Below are positions 39,651 through 49,595 of a stretch of 64,000 bases of DNA, piece by piece. The position numbers were made by a program, and so were the translations under genes. The stretch's first letter is position 1, and each line of letters starts with the position of its first letter. Below the pieces are notes generated by a model that saw only the letters and a program-made list of their open reading frames with translations, made no database searches and was not told the origin of the DNA. The stretch lies in the NCBI GenBank assembly GCA_000146465.1, contig CP001950.1; one strand, 5' to 3'.

Positions 39651-40166
39651 ATGGATCCTCTCATGAGTGCGTTCAAAGCAAGAGAAAGTAAAACATTTTA
39701 CAGCCCAATTCCACATAAGTATGAACAGATGTTCAAGCCAAAAAAATATGATCTAGAACACTTCGGACTGACTTTCTTCCAACGTGCAGTATGCTTCTCT
39801 GCATGCCTTGGGGCCGGGATTCTTTCGTTCCTCTACAGCATGATCAAGATAGTCCGCCTCTCTCCATCTGGGTTCATTCTTCCATACACAATCTCAAACT
39901 TTCTGTTCTTCATTATGTTTGGGTTTCTGCTTGGCTTCAGATCCTATCTCGAAGGCTTGTTCTCTAAGAAGAAGCGCATCCACAGCTCATGGTTTATTGG
40001 CTGTACACTTCTGACCCTCTATGTTGTCTTGAAATACGACAGATACCTCCTCAACTTAGTATTCTGCTTCGTCCAAGTGACGTCGTTCATCATGTTCTCC
40101 TTGACCTTCATTCCCGGAGGAACCTCGGGTATGTCCTCCATGGTCAATATGTTCTTCAAGAAATAA
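39651..40166 (+). CDS. SFT2/Got1-family vesicle transport membrane protein
   Basis: Four TM helices; SFT2-like topology and size; ATG at MDPLMSAF. Confidence 0.5.
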   Translation: MDPLMSAFKARESKTFYSPIPHKYEQMFKPKKYDLEHFGLTFFQRAVCFSACLGAGILSFLYSMIKIVRLSPSGFILPYTISNFLFFIMFGFLLGFRSYLEGLFSKKKRIHSSWFIGCTLLTLYVVLKYDRYLLNLVFCFVQVTSFIMFSLTFIPGGTSGMSSMVNMFFKK

Positions 40167-40238
40167 ATGCTTTCTATAGCCTTAACACACCGGCTTTGAT
40201 GTTTGTAGCGTTAAAAGAAACTCCTGTAAAGAATTCAA

Positions 40239-40502
40239 TCATTTACTAGATAAGAAGGAAAAGGCAATGGACAACAAGACCACCATCAGGGCTATTGCGG
40301 CCTGTGGTAGTGACGAGCTGGGCACAAGCTTTCCAAGTATGTGTAGGAGAAACACATTTGCAATGAAAATCAGGGATATCACAAGAACCTGCATCGGTGA
40401 TATTAGAAGTCTTGATGGCTGGTTATACAGCAGCTCGTTGAGCTTGCTTTGCCTCTTCTTGTACTGCTGAATCTGGTTCCTATTGCTTATTTGCTTCACC
40501 AT
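40239..40502 (-). CDS. SBH1: Sec61 beta subunit (Sbh1)
   Basis: Basic N-terminus and ISPMQVLVISLIFIANVFLLHILGK resemble the Sbh1 TM motif (..PL.VL..S..FI..V..LHI..K); unusually long hydrophobic tail after the TM. Confidence 0.6.
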   Translation of the reverse strand: MVKQISNRNQIQQYKKRQSKLNELLYNQPSRLLISPMQVLVISLIFIANVFLLHILGKLVPSSSLPQAAIALMVVLLSIAFSFLSSK

Positions 40503-40573
40503 TTTGAGGGCTAAACATACGCAATTTTAAGCATCCGAAATGCCTACATCCATTGATTCTTTGCTGCACAGGT

Positions 40574-41623
40574 CTAAAAGTCCATATCAAACCCAAACTG
40601 CAGCCTCTGGATCTGTTTGTTATTGGTAAGCGGAATGGCAAAGCTTATGCCTACCACCGGCCCGTCCTTTGCCTTCATGACAGGAACACTTGCTCCCAGC
40701 CCAACAGATGCTCCAAGACACTCGCTATCCTTGTAAGAGTGGGACTCCATGATTGACTTGAAGCTCCTCGTTATGTTTCTATCTTCAGACACATAGCCTA
40801 ACGACCAGAAGAAAAATCCTTTTGCATCCCATCTGGACACCCCCATCCGATGCGATACTTCAAAGAAGGAGTTTCCTCCAATCTTCAGTCCAGAGTTGCT
40901 TGGAGATATGCTCATTCCTCTATATCCCCGGATATTCTCTCCAAGGTAATACCTCTCTGCAATGTGTGGCTCTCCAAGTATTGTTCCTGTCGAAAGATGT
41001 ATGTCTGTGAACAGGTTCCTTGGAAAAGCTTTTCTCAGAATCATTTCTGCCTGTGTCTTCAAAAATAGTCTACACGGCCGTGAGTCAAATATTCCTATCT
41101 TGCTTTTGATGTCGATTGCCCCAAGCTTCTTCCTGAGTTCTATGAATGCCTGGTCTAGATATCCAATCCGTTCTCTCCCGACACATATCCTTTGTGTTTC
41201 CCTTTCAACCTCTAGAGAGGCACGGGTATGAGGATACTCTTCATGAGGAGACTTCATTGTGTCTCTAGACCCAAATATCCTAAGAAAACTCAGAGACTTA
41301 GCCAGAACAGGTTTAGAGAACTGGAAGCTCATGTCCTTGGAGGTTGACACAGACACCTCGAGGTTCTCTGCCCTTCCAAAGAGATTCGGAAGTTTCATCT
41401 TGAGATATCCCTTCGGGACTTTCCCTGTCGTGTCCCCGCTGAAGCTAATGCTTCTCTTCTCTTCGGTCACAGACAGTCCGTCGCAAGTCTTGGCAACTGC
41501 AGAAAATATCTTAAGCTTTCGGAGTCTGCCTATAACCTCATCCACTCCGCTTTTCCCCGGAATCCCCTGGATCTCGTCAAGGAAACTTTTGTCTGTTCTT
41601 CTTGTTCCCGTTATCTTGAACAT
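40574..41623 (-). CDS. SAM50: Sam50/Tob55 (Omp85 family) outer-membrane beta-barrel assembly protein
   Basis: N-terminal POTRA-like segment, alternating hydrophobic beta-strand pattern, C-terminal barrel signature ...LQFGFDMDF; CCCC upstream of ATG. Confidence 0.6.
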   Translation of the reverse strand: MFKITGTRRTDKSFLDEIQGIPGKSGVDEVIGRLRKLKIFSAVAKTCDGLSVTEEKRSISFSGDTTGKVPKGYLKMKLPNLFGRAENLEVSVSTSKDMSFQFSKPVLAKSLSFLRIFGSRDTMKSPHEEYPHTRASLEVERETQRICVGRERIGYLDQAFIELRKKLGAIDIKSKIGIFDSRPCRLFLKTQAEMILRKAFPRNLFTDIHLSTGTILGEPHIAERYYLGENIRGYRGMSISPSNSGLKIGGNSFFEVSHRMGVSRWDAKGFFFWSLGYVSEDRNITRSFKSIMESHSYKDSECLGASVGLGASVPVMKAKDGPVVGISFAIPLTNNKQIQRLQFGFDMDF

Positions 41624-41715
41624 AAGATATCCTGGGGAGATTCCAATACATTAAATACTATCGAGCCAATACACTATCCTCCTTACAAACAGACTTAGAA
41701 CAAATCCTTTAATAT

Positions 41716-42171
41716 TTAGATCTCGACAGCTGTCTTGCAGAAGAGAATATCCTTGACCCATCCAACACGAGGGAAGTAGCATCCCCGAAGCTCGAAGCAG
41801 GGCTTGTCGGAAAGATCCCCAGCTATGTCGTATGTGCTTCTAAACACCCCCCTAAGCTTCTGGGGATCGTTCCACCCAACAATTCTACTCCAGATTATCT
41901 CCGACTTGTCTGTTCTCCCTCCATAAATGGCTCTTACATACACAAATACCTGCTTGAGGTTGAAGTGAAATTGGCTCGAGAGGTCGATGCTCGGCTCAAA
42001 AAGAACCACCTGTGTTCTTCCATAGGCCTTGTACTCTCTTATTCGCAGGTCAGACACAGGCGGCGCCTTCGTTACAAAGAACGAAAATAGAAACACAGAC
42101 AAAAGAAGAATGACTGTGGGGTTGAATGTAAACGATACCAATGCGCTGAGTCTCTTACCTGCTGTTTTCAT
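41716..42171 (-). CDS. SPC3: Signal peptidase complex subunit 3 (SPC22/23)
   Basis: N-terminal signal-anchor then the conserved SPC3 luminal domain (LSALVSFTFN...VSDLRIREY...FNLKQVFVYV); start at MKTAGKR. Confidence 0.65.
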   Translation of the reverse strand: MKTAGKRLSALVSFTFNPTVILLLSVFLFSFFVTKAPPVSDLRIREYKAYGRTQVVLFEPSIDLSSQFHFNLKQVFVYVRAIYGGRTDKSEIIWSRIVGWNDPQKLRGVFRSTYDIAGDLSDKPCFELRGCYFPRVGWVKDILFCKTAVEI

Positions 42172-42315
42172 GGGGTAAATAAAATAATTCAAAAAAGCTG
42201 AGCCTGGGCCTTCCATAGACGGCCTTATTGGGAAATACAGGTCTCGGCACTCCTAGATTAATCAATACATTTATTGACTGGGAAACAATTTATCCGAAGA
42301 TTTTGGAATCTGTAA

Positions 42316-42840
42316 TTAATTTCCTATCTGGGGATATGATATATAGCTCAACACCAGCCACAAAATGTACTTGATAGGAACATTCCAGTTACTAACTATC
42401 TTGATCCTTGAAGGTCTTTGTGATTCTTGGTCTTTGCTACTATTGTCCTTCTTCAAATCCTTGGAGACCGACCGGGAGTTTTGGAACCATATCTGTATTG
42501 TTCTCGGAGACATGTTCAGTAAAATAGCTAGATTTTGCCTTGTATCATGCGGGGGATAGGGAGTGATTTCAAAGACTTGCTTCAAAACATAGACTTGAAC
42601 CCGTGTCTTGTACTTGTAGCCCGAAAGACCAAGGTAACTCTTATCCGATAGTCTTCGGAGCTTTATAAGTCCAAGTATTGCCTCACCTTCCATCATCCAT
42701 CTTGAGTCCTTCATCTGAGCAAATCCCTGTCTTTCGTTCATTTTATCTGATGATTTGTTCAGATAAATTAAATCGAAGGTTTTCAACGGGTTAATTACTC
42801 TGCATTGTACGGAATACAATTCCTGCCCATTTCTAATCAT
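42316..42840 (-). CDS. Homeobox transcription factor
   Basis: Homeodomain helix 3 IQIWFQNSRS (WFQNRR consensus) preceded by a helix 1/2 pattern. Confidence 0.7.
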   Translation of the reverse strand: MIRNGQELYSVQCRVINPLKTFDLIYLNKSSDKMNERQGFAQMKDSRWMMEGEAILGLIKLRRLSDKSYLGLSGYKYKTRVQVYVLKQVFEITPYPPHDTRQNLAILLNMSPRTIQIWFQNSRSVSKDLKKDNSSKDQESQRPSRIKIVSNWNVPIKYILWLVLSYISYPQIGN

Positions 42841-43020
42841 AATTCTGTCTTGAATTTAATTATCCTTTCCTCTCCTGCATAAAACCGCTCTAGCTAAATA
42901 CAGGACCTCCATGGCCACCGGCTACTTCCACCCAAGGCCTTCCAAGGCTTTATGTGTCTGAAAACACAATAACAAAGGTAATTGTGTCCAAGATGTATTT
43001 GATTTTTAAGTCCATCCCCA

Positions 43021-43929
43021 ATGAAAGAGCTTGTGTCCAAACTTCTGAATCTCGAGCTTCTTACAGAGATAGAAGTCGAGAATATCTGCAACAAAGTGTC
43101 TGAAATCCTCATCTGCGAGCCAAATATCCCAAACAAAAAGTCTCCAGTTATTGTCTGTGGAGACATCCACGGCCAGTTCTTTGATCTGGTGAGTTTGTTC
43201 AGGATCGACGGAGTTCCCTCGAAAAAAAGATATGTCTTCCTAGGAGATTATGTGGATAGAGGGAGAAACTCCCTTGAATGCATATTGTTTCTCTTTCTTC
43301 TGAAGATCTTGTACCCAGAGAATGTCACTCTCATAAGAGGAAATCATGAGCAGTCTACCATAAACAGGGTCTACGGATTCTACGAAGAGATCATGGAGAA
43401 GTATGGGACGCCAAGAATATGGAGGATGATCAACGAAGTGTTTAATCTTATGTGTATTGGATGTCTGATCGATGGAAGGATACTGTGTGTGCATGGAGGG
43501 ATATCACCCAAGATCACGTCACTGAACCAAATAAAAAGGCTTGACAGACTGCTTCCCATTAGGGAGGAAAGTGAGTTTGCAGACATCCTATGGGGAGATC
43601 CTTACGATGGAAAGGGCTTTCAACCTAGTCCTCGAGGAAGTGGATATCTTTACGGGGAGGACGTGGTAATAAGATTTCTTGAACTGAATGGGCTTACAAG
43701 CATTGTAAGATCACACCAACTGGTCATAGAGGGGTACAAGTTCCATTTTCCTGGGAGAAACGTGATTACTGTGTGGAGTGCTCCGAATTACATGGGAAAG
43801 TGTGGTAATCCTGCAAGTATCCTGAGGATCAACGAGACACTGGACATTTCCGATAAGGATTTCTGCATATTCAAGGCCACACCGCAGAGAAAGGAGTTTC
43901 TCACAAAGCTAGAGGGGCTTGACTTATAG
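43021..43929 (+). CDS. PPP-family Ser/Thr protein phosphatase catalytic subunit (PP2A/PP4/PP6-like)
   Basis: GDIHGQ, GDYVDRG, LIRGNHE, HGG, RG, H motifs in order. Confidence 0.85.
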   Translation: MKELVSKLLNLELLTEIEVENICNKVSEILICEPNIPNKKSPVIVCGDIHGQFFDLVSLFRIDGVPSKKRYVFLGDYVDRGRNSLECILFLFLLKILYPENVTLIRGNHEQSTINRVYGFYEEIMEKYGTPRIWRMINEVFNLMCIGCLIDGRILCVHGGISPKITSLNQIKRLDRLLPIREESEFADILWGDPYDGKGFQPSPRGSGYLYGEDVVIRFLELNGLTSIVRSHQLVIEGYKFHFPGRNVITVWSAPNYMGKCGNPASILRINETLDISDKDFCIFKATPQRKEFLTKLEGLDL

Positions 43930-44755
43930 TAGATTGGAGGATTTCTTTATTCGCTTCATCCCATGGATGTTTAGTAGGCTCAAGAGTCCGGAGGAGGAGC
44001 GGGGAGTCGATGTTCTTAAAGGATATGCAGTGAGGACCTCCAAGCATGAAATAAAAAGGTTTCTCCGCTCCATGGAGTACAGGAGACTTCCTCGGCATCT
44101 GAAGAGAATCAAGACATGGAACGAGGATTTGCTTGTACTTGTTGATATTGTTGAGGAGTGTGATCCGATAGACTCTGTTGCCAATCTGGTTGAAGAAATG
44201 GTCAAAGAAGGGTTTGGATCTAAGCTTTCGGGGCGTAGACAAGAGTCTCTGATTGAGACAGTAAGCATTCCAAAGTATCAGCCGCTAACCGACTCCCAAT
44301 ACGTCGAAAGTGCAAAGCTCTGGCCGTGCATTAGATCGTGCAGATTTGAGGAAGAACTAGATGATGATTATATTGGAAGCATGGTAAGAGTTCTGAAGAC
44401 AAAAAGAAGTATGGCGATTTGTACAGGGGCCTGCATCATAGCAGATGGGAAACAAGAGCTATCGATTCATGAGGACACCGACAATGTCCTAGGACATTCG
44501 ATACTGAAAGCCGTTGAAGAGGTCAGTAAGGCCCAGATTCTCTATCTGTGCACTGGGTTTGATGCATTTATACTCAAGGAGCCCTGTTTGTCGTGTTCGA
44601 TGGCACTTGTGCACGGAAGAATTAAGAGGGTCTTCTGCCTCAAAAGGGATCCTGAAGGTCCTTTCTCGAGAATTAAGATTAACTACAACAAGAACTTGAA
44701 TCACAGATATCCTGTTTATTTTATGGATGAAACATGTGCAGATTGCCCAATGTAA
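43919..44755 (+). CDS. tRNA adenosine deaminase subunit Tad3-like (CDA fold, non-catalytic)
   Basis: HS(I) in place of HAE plus PCLSCSMAL (PCxxC zinc motif) in the C-terminal half; overlaps the upstream gene by 11 nt. Confidence 0.5.
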   Translation: MTYSRLEDFFIRFIPWMFSRLKSPEEERGVDVLKGYAVRTSKHEIKRFLRSMEYRRLPRHLKRIKTWNEDLLVLVDIVEECDPIDSVANLVEEMVKEGFGSKLSGRRQESLIETVSIPKYQPLTDSQYVESAKLWPCIRSCRFEEELDDDYIGSMVRVLKTKRSMAICTGACIIADGKQELSIHEDTDNVLGHSILKAVEEVSKAQILYLCTGFDAFILKEPCLSCSMALVHGRIKRVFCLKRDPEGPFSRIKINYNKNLNHRYPVYFMDETCADCPM

Positions 44756-44840
44756 CAACAGAATTATAATAAAAGTTTAGCTTTTCCTGTTGAAGCCTTT
44801 GCTTGGAGAAAAGACAAGGACATATATAATATTGAAGAGT

Positions 44841-45992
44841 TTAATGGACTTCGGCGACTGTTTCTGCCTTCTTTGCTCCGTAGAATGCCTTCTTCTCTGC
44901 ACTTGTCTGGAACCGCCCATGTCCTATCTTCGACGATGTGTCGACAAACTTGATCACAAGCTCCTCGCTCGGCCTCTGCTGTGTAAGACTCTTTCGAAGC
45001 GTCACAACCCTCTTCCGTGGCCCGACAACCGCCCCCTTCACCATGATGAAGTCGTTCTTCACTTCTCCATAGTGAGGGAATCCTCCCATCGGCGAAATCG
45101 CCTTCTCGGTTAGGTCAAACTCAGTCTTGATCTTGGTGCTTCCATTTCCAATCATGTACACCCTCTTGTTCTTCTCTGTTCTTCTATGGAACCCCATCTG
45201 CCCTGCTCGTGCAACAGAGTACATCACACGGCTCGGATGCCATGCTCCAATGCATGCAACCTTTCGGATCCCCTTTCGAGACTTGCGCGGCTGCTTTCGT
45301 ACTCCAAACCTCTTCACTGTTCCTTGGAATCCCTTTCCCTTCGTCACCCCAATCACATCGATGTTCTCATTCTCTCCAAACACCTCTGCAATCTGGATCT
45401 CCTTCTCAAGCCTCTCCAGAGCCCACTCAACCTTCTCGCAGATGCTTCCTCCATTCAACTGTATCTCCGCGATGTGTGCTTTCTTCAGCCCAAGTGTCTT
45501 CACCATCTCCGGCTGTGTCTGAACAAGTACTCGCACACACTCTGCCCTCTTCTTGATCTCTTCAACCCGGGACTCCGTCACTTCTCCTCGGCAGAACTGG
45601 GCCGCCGCCTCCTTCTCCATGTACTTGTTACCAAACATCCTGCGGAGAACTCCATCGTTCACATAGGATACCGTGACAATCGGGAGTCTGTGCAGTCCAG
45701 TCACAGTCCTCTCATATCCCACAATCCCATACACAACCATCGGCGGTGCTTCAACCACAGTCACTGCATCCATCACCTCCCTAGAAAGTTGCTTGTTCTT
45801 TGCAACCTGGGTCTTAGTCCTTATCACATGTGTCATCCCTGCCTTGTACCCCATAAATCCAGTCAGATGCACAGGCTGGGAGATATCGTCAGCCGGAAAC
45901 GCCCCTACAGACGGCCTGATTGTCTTCGATCTTTTCCTTGGGCAGAACTGCAAAGATCCATGTCTCGGTGCGTTGAACTTCCTGCAGCTCAT
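44841..45992 (-). CDS. RPL3: 60S ribosomal protein L3
   Basis: [22 protein letters not shown]-terminus and conservation throughout (W..GHG..); start at the MSCRKF ATG. Confidence 0.95.
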   Translation of the reverse strand: MSCRKFNAPRHGSLQFCPRKRSKTIRPSVGAFPADDISQPVHLTGFMGYKAGMTHVIRTKTQVAKNKQLSREVMDAVTVVEAPPMVVYGIVGYERTVTGLHRLPIVTVSYVNDGVLRRMFGNKYMEKEAAAQFCRGEVTESRVEEIKKRAECVRVLVQTQPEMVKTLGLKKAHIAEIQLNGGSICEKVEWALERLEKEIQIAEVFGENENIDVIGVTKGKGFQGTVKRFGVRKQPRKSRKGIRKVACIGAWHPSRVMYSVARAGQMGFHRRTEKNKRVYMIGNGSTKIKTEFDLTEKAISPMGGFPHYGEVKNDFIMVKGAVVGPRKRVVTLRKSLTQQRPSEELVIKFVDTSSKIGHGRFQTSAEKKAFYGAKKAETVAEVH

Positions 45993-46123
45993 TTGGCAAG
46001 GGCACAAATTTTTCCATTAACCGATCTTCTCTCGAAAAGTATCAAACAATGCTAACAACAGGCCCAAGGGCACAATTGAGTGTACTCCCAACCACTTGAT
46101 GGATAGAATTTCCTACCCTACCG

Positions 46124-46405
46124 ATGAGTTTCCATCCGGAGTACAAGGAGTATTTTAAACAAGGATCAACAGCAAAAATATACAATGGAGTGTTTGAGGA
46201 TGCAGGATTCTACGACGAGGTAGACATAAAGGAGTTCAAGTACAACAAGGAGAACAAGACATTCTATTATCCATGTCCTTGCGGGGACAACTTCGAGATA
46301 TCTCTGGAAGATCTAAAGAATGGAGAGATTGCAGCTAGATGTCCTTCTTGTTCCCTTATCATTTGCACGGTGTACGAAGCAGAGGATCTTAAGATGTATC
46401 TCTAG
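46124..46405 (+). CDS. DPH3: Diphthamide biosynthesis protein 3 (DPH3/Kti11, CSL zinc finger)
   Basis: YDEVDIKEFKYNKENKTFYYPCPCGDNFEISLEDLKNGEIAARCPSCSLII. Confidence 0.8.
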   Translation: MSFHPEYKEYFKQGSTAKIYNGVFEDAGFYDEVDIKEFKYNKENKTFYYPCPCGDNFEISLEDLKNGEIAARCPSCSLIICTVYEAEDLKMYL

Positions 46406-46498
46406 TATCTATGACACAAGGAGATGCCCTGGAAAAAAGACCCCCGACCTCAACATCCCACACCCCAAGACTTAAACCTATTGCTAAGTAAACCCAAA

Positions 46499-47248
46499 AT
46501 GGCGAAGAAACAGCAAGAGACCAAGCAAAAGTCCATCAGAGACATTCGGAAGGAGCTAGAAGAAAAGGCATTTGGGCTGAAGAACAAGAAGCAGAAGGCG
46601 GCGATTCTAAAGCAAATTGAAAGTCTTAATCTTAAGGAACAGCTTGAGAAGAAGGAAAAGATGAAGAAGGAAGAGAAGAATGTGCCTGTGAAGCAGGTGA
46701 TTCCGGTGGGCGTGGATCCCAAGACGATTCAATGCGTCAATTTTCTAAACAAGATTTGCCCGGATGGCGATGCATGTAAGTTTGCACATAAAGAAGTCAA
46801 GAAGGTTGAAAAGCCAAAAGAGGAAAATGCATCCGAAGGCCCCAAGCGCATATGCCAGTTCCTTATTGATGCTTTGAATTCTGGGGAATATGGAGACAAC
46901 TGGAAATGCCCGTTTCCAAAATGTGTTGACATCCATAGGCTTGTGGAAATCAAGGAAAATGCACAGGTGGAGCTGAGTCTTGAAGAATACATAGAACTGT
47001 CCAGGCAGTCTCTTCCGGAGAAGCTTACTCCACTAACCGAGGAAACATTCAAGCAATGGAAGCTCAGGAAGCAGAAGGAGGAGAAAGAGCATGCCAGAAA
47101 GGTCAAGGCCATAGCAACAGGGATGAAGGGAATAGAGCTGTTTGAAGCAAGGAGAGAGCTATTCAAGGATGACGAGGAGGCCGAGGACTTGGACTACACA
47201 GAAAGATGTTATTCGGAGTCTGAGGACGAGGAGGACCATTCCAAATAA
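46499..47248 (+). CDS. TMA46: ZC3H15/Tma46-like CCCH zinc-finger protein (DRG1 partner, DFRP family)
   Basis: Two CCCH fingers (C.NFLNKICPDGDACKFAHK and ICQF.....YGDNWKCPFPKCVDIH) and an acidic tail; start at MAKKQQ with CCC context. Confidence 0.65.
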   Translation: MAKKQQETKQKSIRDIRKELEEKAFGLKNKKQKAAILKQIESLNLKEQLEKKEKMKKEEKNVPVKQVIPVGVDPKTIQCVNFLNKICPDGDACKFAHKEVKKVEKPKEENASEGPKRICQFLIDALNSGEYGDNWKCPFPKCVDIHRLVEIKENAQVELSLEEYIELSRQSLPEKLTPLTEETFKQWKLRKQKEEKEHARKVKAIATGMKGIELFEARRELFKDDEEAEDLDYTERCYSESEDEEDHSK

Positions 47249-47262
47249 ATACTTTATTCTTA

Positions 47263-47649
47263 TTATTCTTCTTTGCATGGCAAAAAGTCGTCTTCGCAGC
47301 ATCCATACTCTTCTATATCGAATCCCCATTTCCTAAGGGAGAATGCTCTGAAAATTTCAACTGGATGTATGTTGTATTGTGTGTGCAATATCGATATGCA
47401 CTCGGAGACACAGTCTTTCCATCTTTCTATCACGCTTTCCAAGTCCCCATGTGTTTCTCGGAATTGCTTCATCATCCTCAACTTCCTATTGGTGTCTTTC
47501 TGAATAAACAACGGATCCTTGAACTGATCGGAATATCTTCTTTTTCTTACCGCCTCCTGCTTCTTTCCCTTGAGCTTATAGAACACTCTTCCATCCACAT
47601 GTAGCTCCCGATAGTCTTCTAAGTGCTCTGGCTTGTCAGTGGTGTACAT
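47263..47649 (-). CDS. Hypothetical small protein (128 aa)
   Basis: ORF with ATG; no confident match. Confidence 0.35.
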   Translation of the reverse strand: MYTTDKPEHLEDYRELHVDGRVFYKLKGKKQEAVRKRRYSDQFKDPLFIQKDTNRKLRMMKQFRETHGDLESVIERWKDCVSECISILHTQYNIHPVEIFRAFSLRKWGFDIEEYGCCEDDFLPCKEE

Positions 47650-47711
47650 CGGGGGAAGATGATTACAGAGATATTTTCTTGAATTCCAAGGATTTAGCTC
47701 TGTTTTGCCAG

Positions 47712-48431
47712 ATGGCCAATGCTCTTGTTCTCTGGGAAGGACCCATTGATGAGTTCTCCCGCCAATATCAAAATGTTTTTATGGGCTGGAGGAAGCCTGA
47801 GAGGATGATGAAAAGGGTATTTCAGGACATCACAAATGTCAGTAGAAAGAACATCAAGCTGACAATCCACCGGTCATCACACAGAAGAAAACTGGTCAAA
47901 TGGCTGTACGAGGTGATGGACGACTTCGGATACTCCCAGGTCACATTCTCAACAGCAGTTTTCATCCTGGACAGATACACAGAAGTAAGAGGACTTGACC
48001 TTGGGAAGTACCAGCTGGTGGGGATCTCATCACTCTTCCTCAGTGCAAAGATAGAAGAGAAGAGGTGTAAGGAAATAGATGACTATGTTCATGTCACAGA
48101 CAACACATACTCTAGAAGAGAGATCCTAGACAAGGAGATCGAGATTCTGGAGGTGTTTGGGTTCAATCTGATGTTCAGGCTCCCTCACTCCTTTCTTAAG
48201 GAGAAGTATCTTGAGAAGATGTCCAGCGAATACACTGTGAAGCAATGCCAGGAAATATTCTTTTGTGCATTTTCGTATGTAATAGAGAAGAACATCTGTG
48301 GATCCAGTATGTATTGGATATACCTGGAAGGAATCAAGGAGGCTGAGAAGGTGCTTTCGGGGCATAAGGCAAGCGAAGACTTCAGGTTCTATCTGGAGAA
48401 CAACAGAAGGATTAAAAACATATTTATGTAG
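47712..48431 (+). CDS. B-type (mitotic) cyclin
   Basis: Cyclin box: KLVKWLYEVMDDFGYSQVTFSTAVFILDRY......YQLVGISSLFLSAKIEE; start at MANAL ATG (track start is TTG). Confidence 0.7.
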   Translation: MANALVLWEGPIDEFSRQYQNVFMGWRKPERMMKRVFQDITNVSRKNIKLTIHRSSHRRKLVKWLYEVMDDFGYSQVTFSTAVFILDRYTEVRGLDLGKYQLVGISSLFLSAKIEEKRCKEIDDYVHVTDNTYSRREILDKEIEILEVFGFNLMFRLPHSFLKEKYLEKMSSEYTVKQCQEIFFCAFSYVIEKNICGSSMYWIYLEGIKEAEKVLSGHKASEDFRFYLENNRRIKNIFM

Positions 48432-48452
48432 ACTTATAAGATAAGGTTGATC

Positions 48453-49535
48453 CTATAAAAAAACATCTTTGAACAATTCACTCTCCTCCGTAGGCTTACT
48501 TTTTTTTGCAGCATCCATGTCTTTCTCAACCTCCTCGAGAACACATCTTTCCAACTCCCCAAGCTCTTCCTCAGAACGGAACTCAAGAAGACGTTTCCTT
48601 ATGTCTTCCATGCAGTCGTTCTTCCTTTCTCTATCCACTTCTTCTTTGCTTCTGTATGTTTCCTTCGAATCAACTGTAGAATGTGTGCAAAGTCTGTATG
48701 TATCGATTTGCACAATAATAGGCCCTTTCTCAGCCGAGTGTTTCCTTGCATATCCAAGTACTGATATCAGCCCAAATATATTGTTGTGTGGAACTCGAAT
48801 TCCCGGAATGCGTCCTCCTCGAAGATAGAAGTTTGTGTCTGCGCTTACACTTTCTGCAGGAGTCCACATTCCATATCTGTTGTTTTCGCACACAAAAACT
48901 ATAGGAAGCTTCCAAACCATTGCCATGTTGAAGCTCTCCCACGCCTGGCCTTGGTTTGCAGCACCGTCCCCATAAAAGACATAGGAAACCTTCCCCTTCT
49001 GACTTTTGCTCCCAAGTACTCTCTCTTTGTATTTAATTGCATATGCTATACCCACTCCAAGAGGAATCTGTGCCCCAACAATTCCATGTCCTCCAAAGAA
49101 GTGACTGTTGTACAGATGCATGGATCCTCCCTTACCTTTGGAAACTCCCCCCTGCCTTCCAAGGACCTCTTGCATTATCTCACGAGTTCTACAACCAGAA
49201 ACATATGCAATTCCATGGCATCGGTATGAAGACACAACTATGTCATCATCCATCATATACTCAAGAGCAGTGTATATCCCTTCCTGCCCAATCGAAAGGT
49301 GGCAGAATCCCCTAATATTTTCTTTTTTGTACTCTATGTCCATTAGTTTGTCTACAAATCGAATCTTCATCATCTGCTTGTAAATGTATATCATCTCCTC
49401 TATTTTGAGCTTGTGTACCATATCTATTTCCTCCTTCCGGACTTCATGAACCCTGATGGTCGCAAGGATTTCCTGAACATTACACTGTATATACTTCTCC
49501 TTCTCCATTCCTCCATAATTCTGAGATGAGTTCAA
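48453..49535 (-). CDS. Pyruvate dehydrogenase E1 component alpha subunit
   Basis: YRCHGIAYVSGC, GKGGSMH, GGHGIVGAQIPLGVGIA, YGDGAANQGQ TPP-binding motifs. Confidence 0.9.
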   Translation of the reverse strand: MNSSQNYGGMEKEKYIQCNVQEILATIRVHEVRKEEIDMVHKLKIEEMIYIYKQMMKIRFVDKLMDIEYKKENIRGFCHLSIGQEGIYTALEYMMDDDIVVSSYRCHGIAYVSGCRTREIMQEVLGRQGGVSKGKGGSMHLYNSHFFGGHGIVGAQIPLGVGIAYAIKYKERVLGSKSQKGKVSYVFYGDGAANQGQAWESFNMAMVWKLPIVFVCENNRYGMWTPAESVSADTNFYLRGGRIPGIRVPHNNIFGLISVLGYARKHSAEKGPIIVQIDTYRLCTHSTVDSKETYRSKEEVDRERKNDCMEDIRKRLLEFRSEEELGELERCVLEEVEKDMDAAKKSKPTEESELFKDVFL

Positions 49536-49595
49536 ACTTTTCTTGTGACAATGTTTTGTCTGATGTCATTGAGATGGCAACTAGGCCCCCAACAA

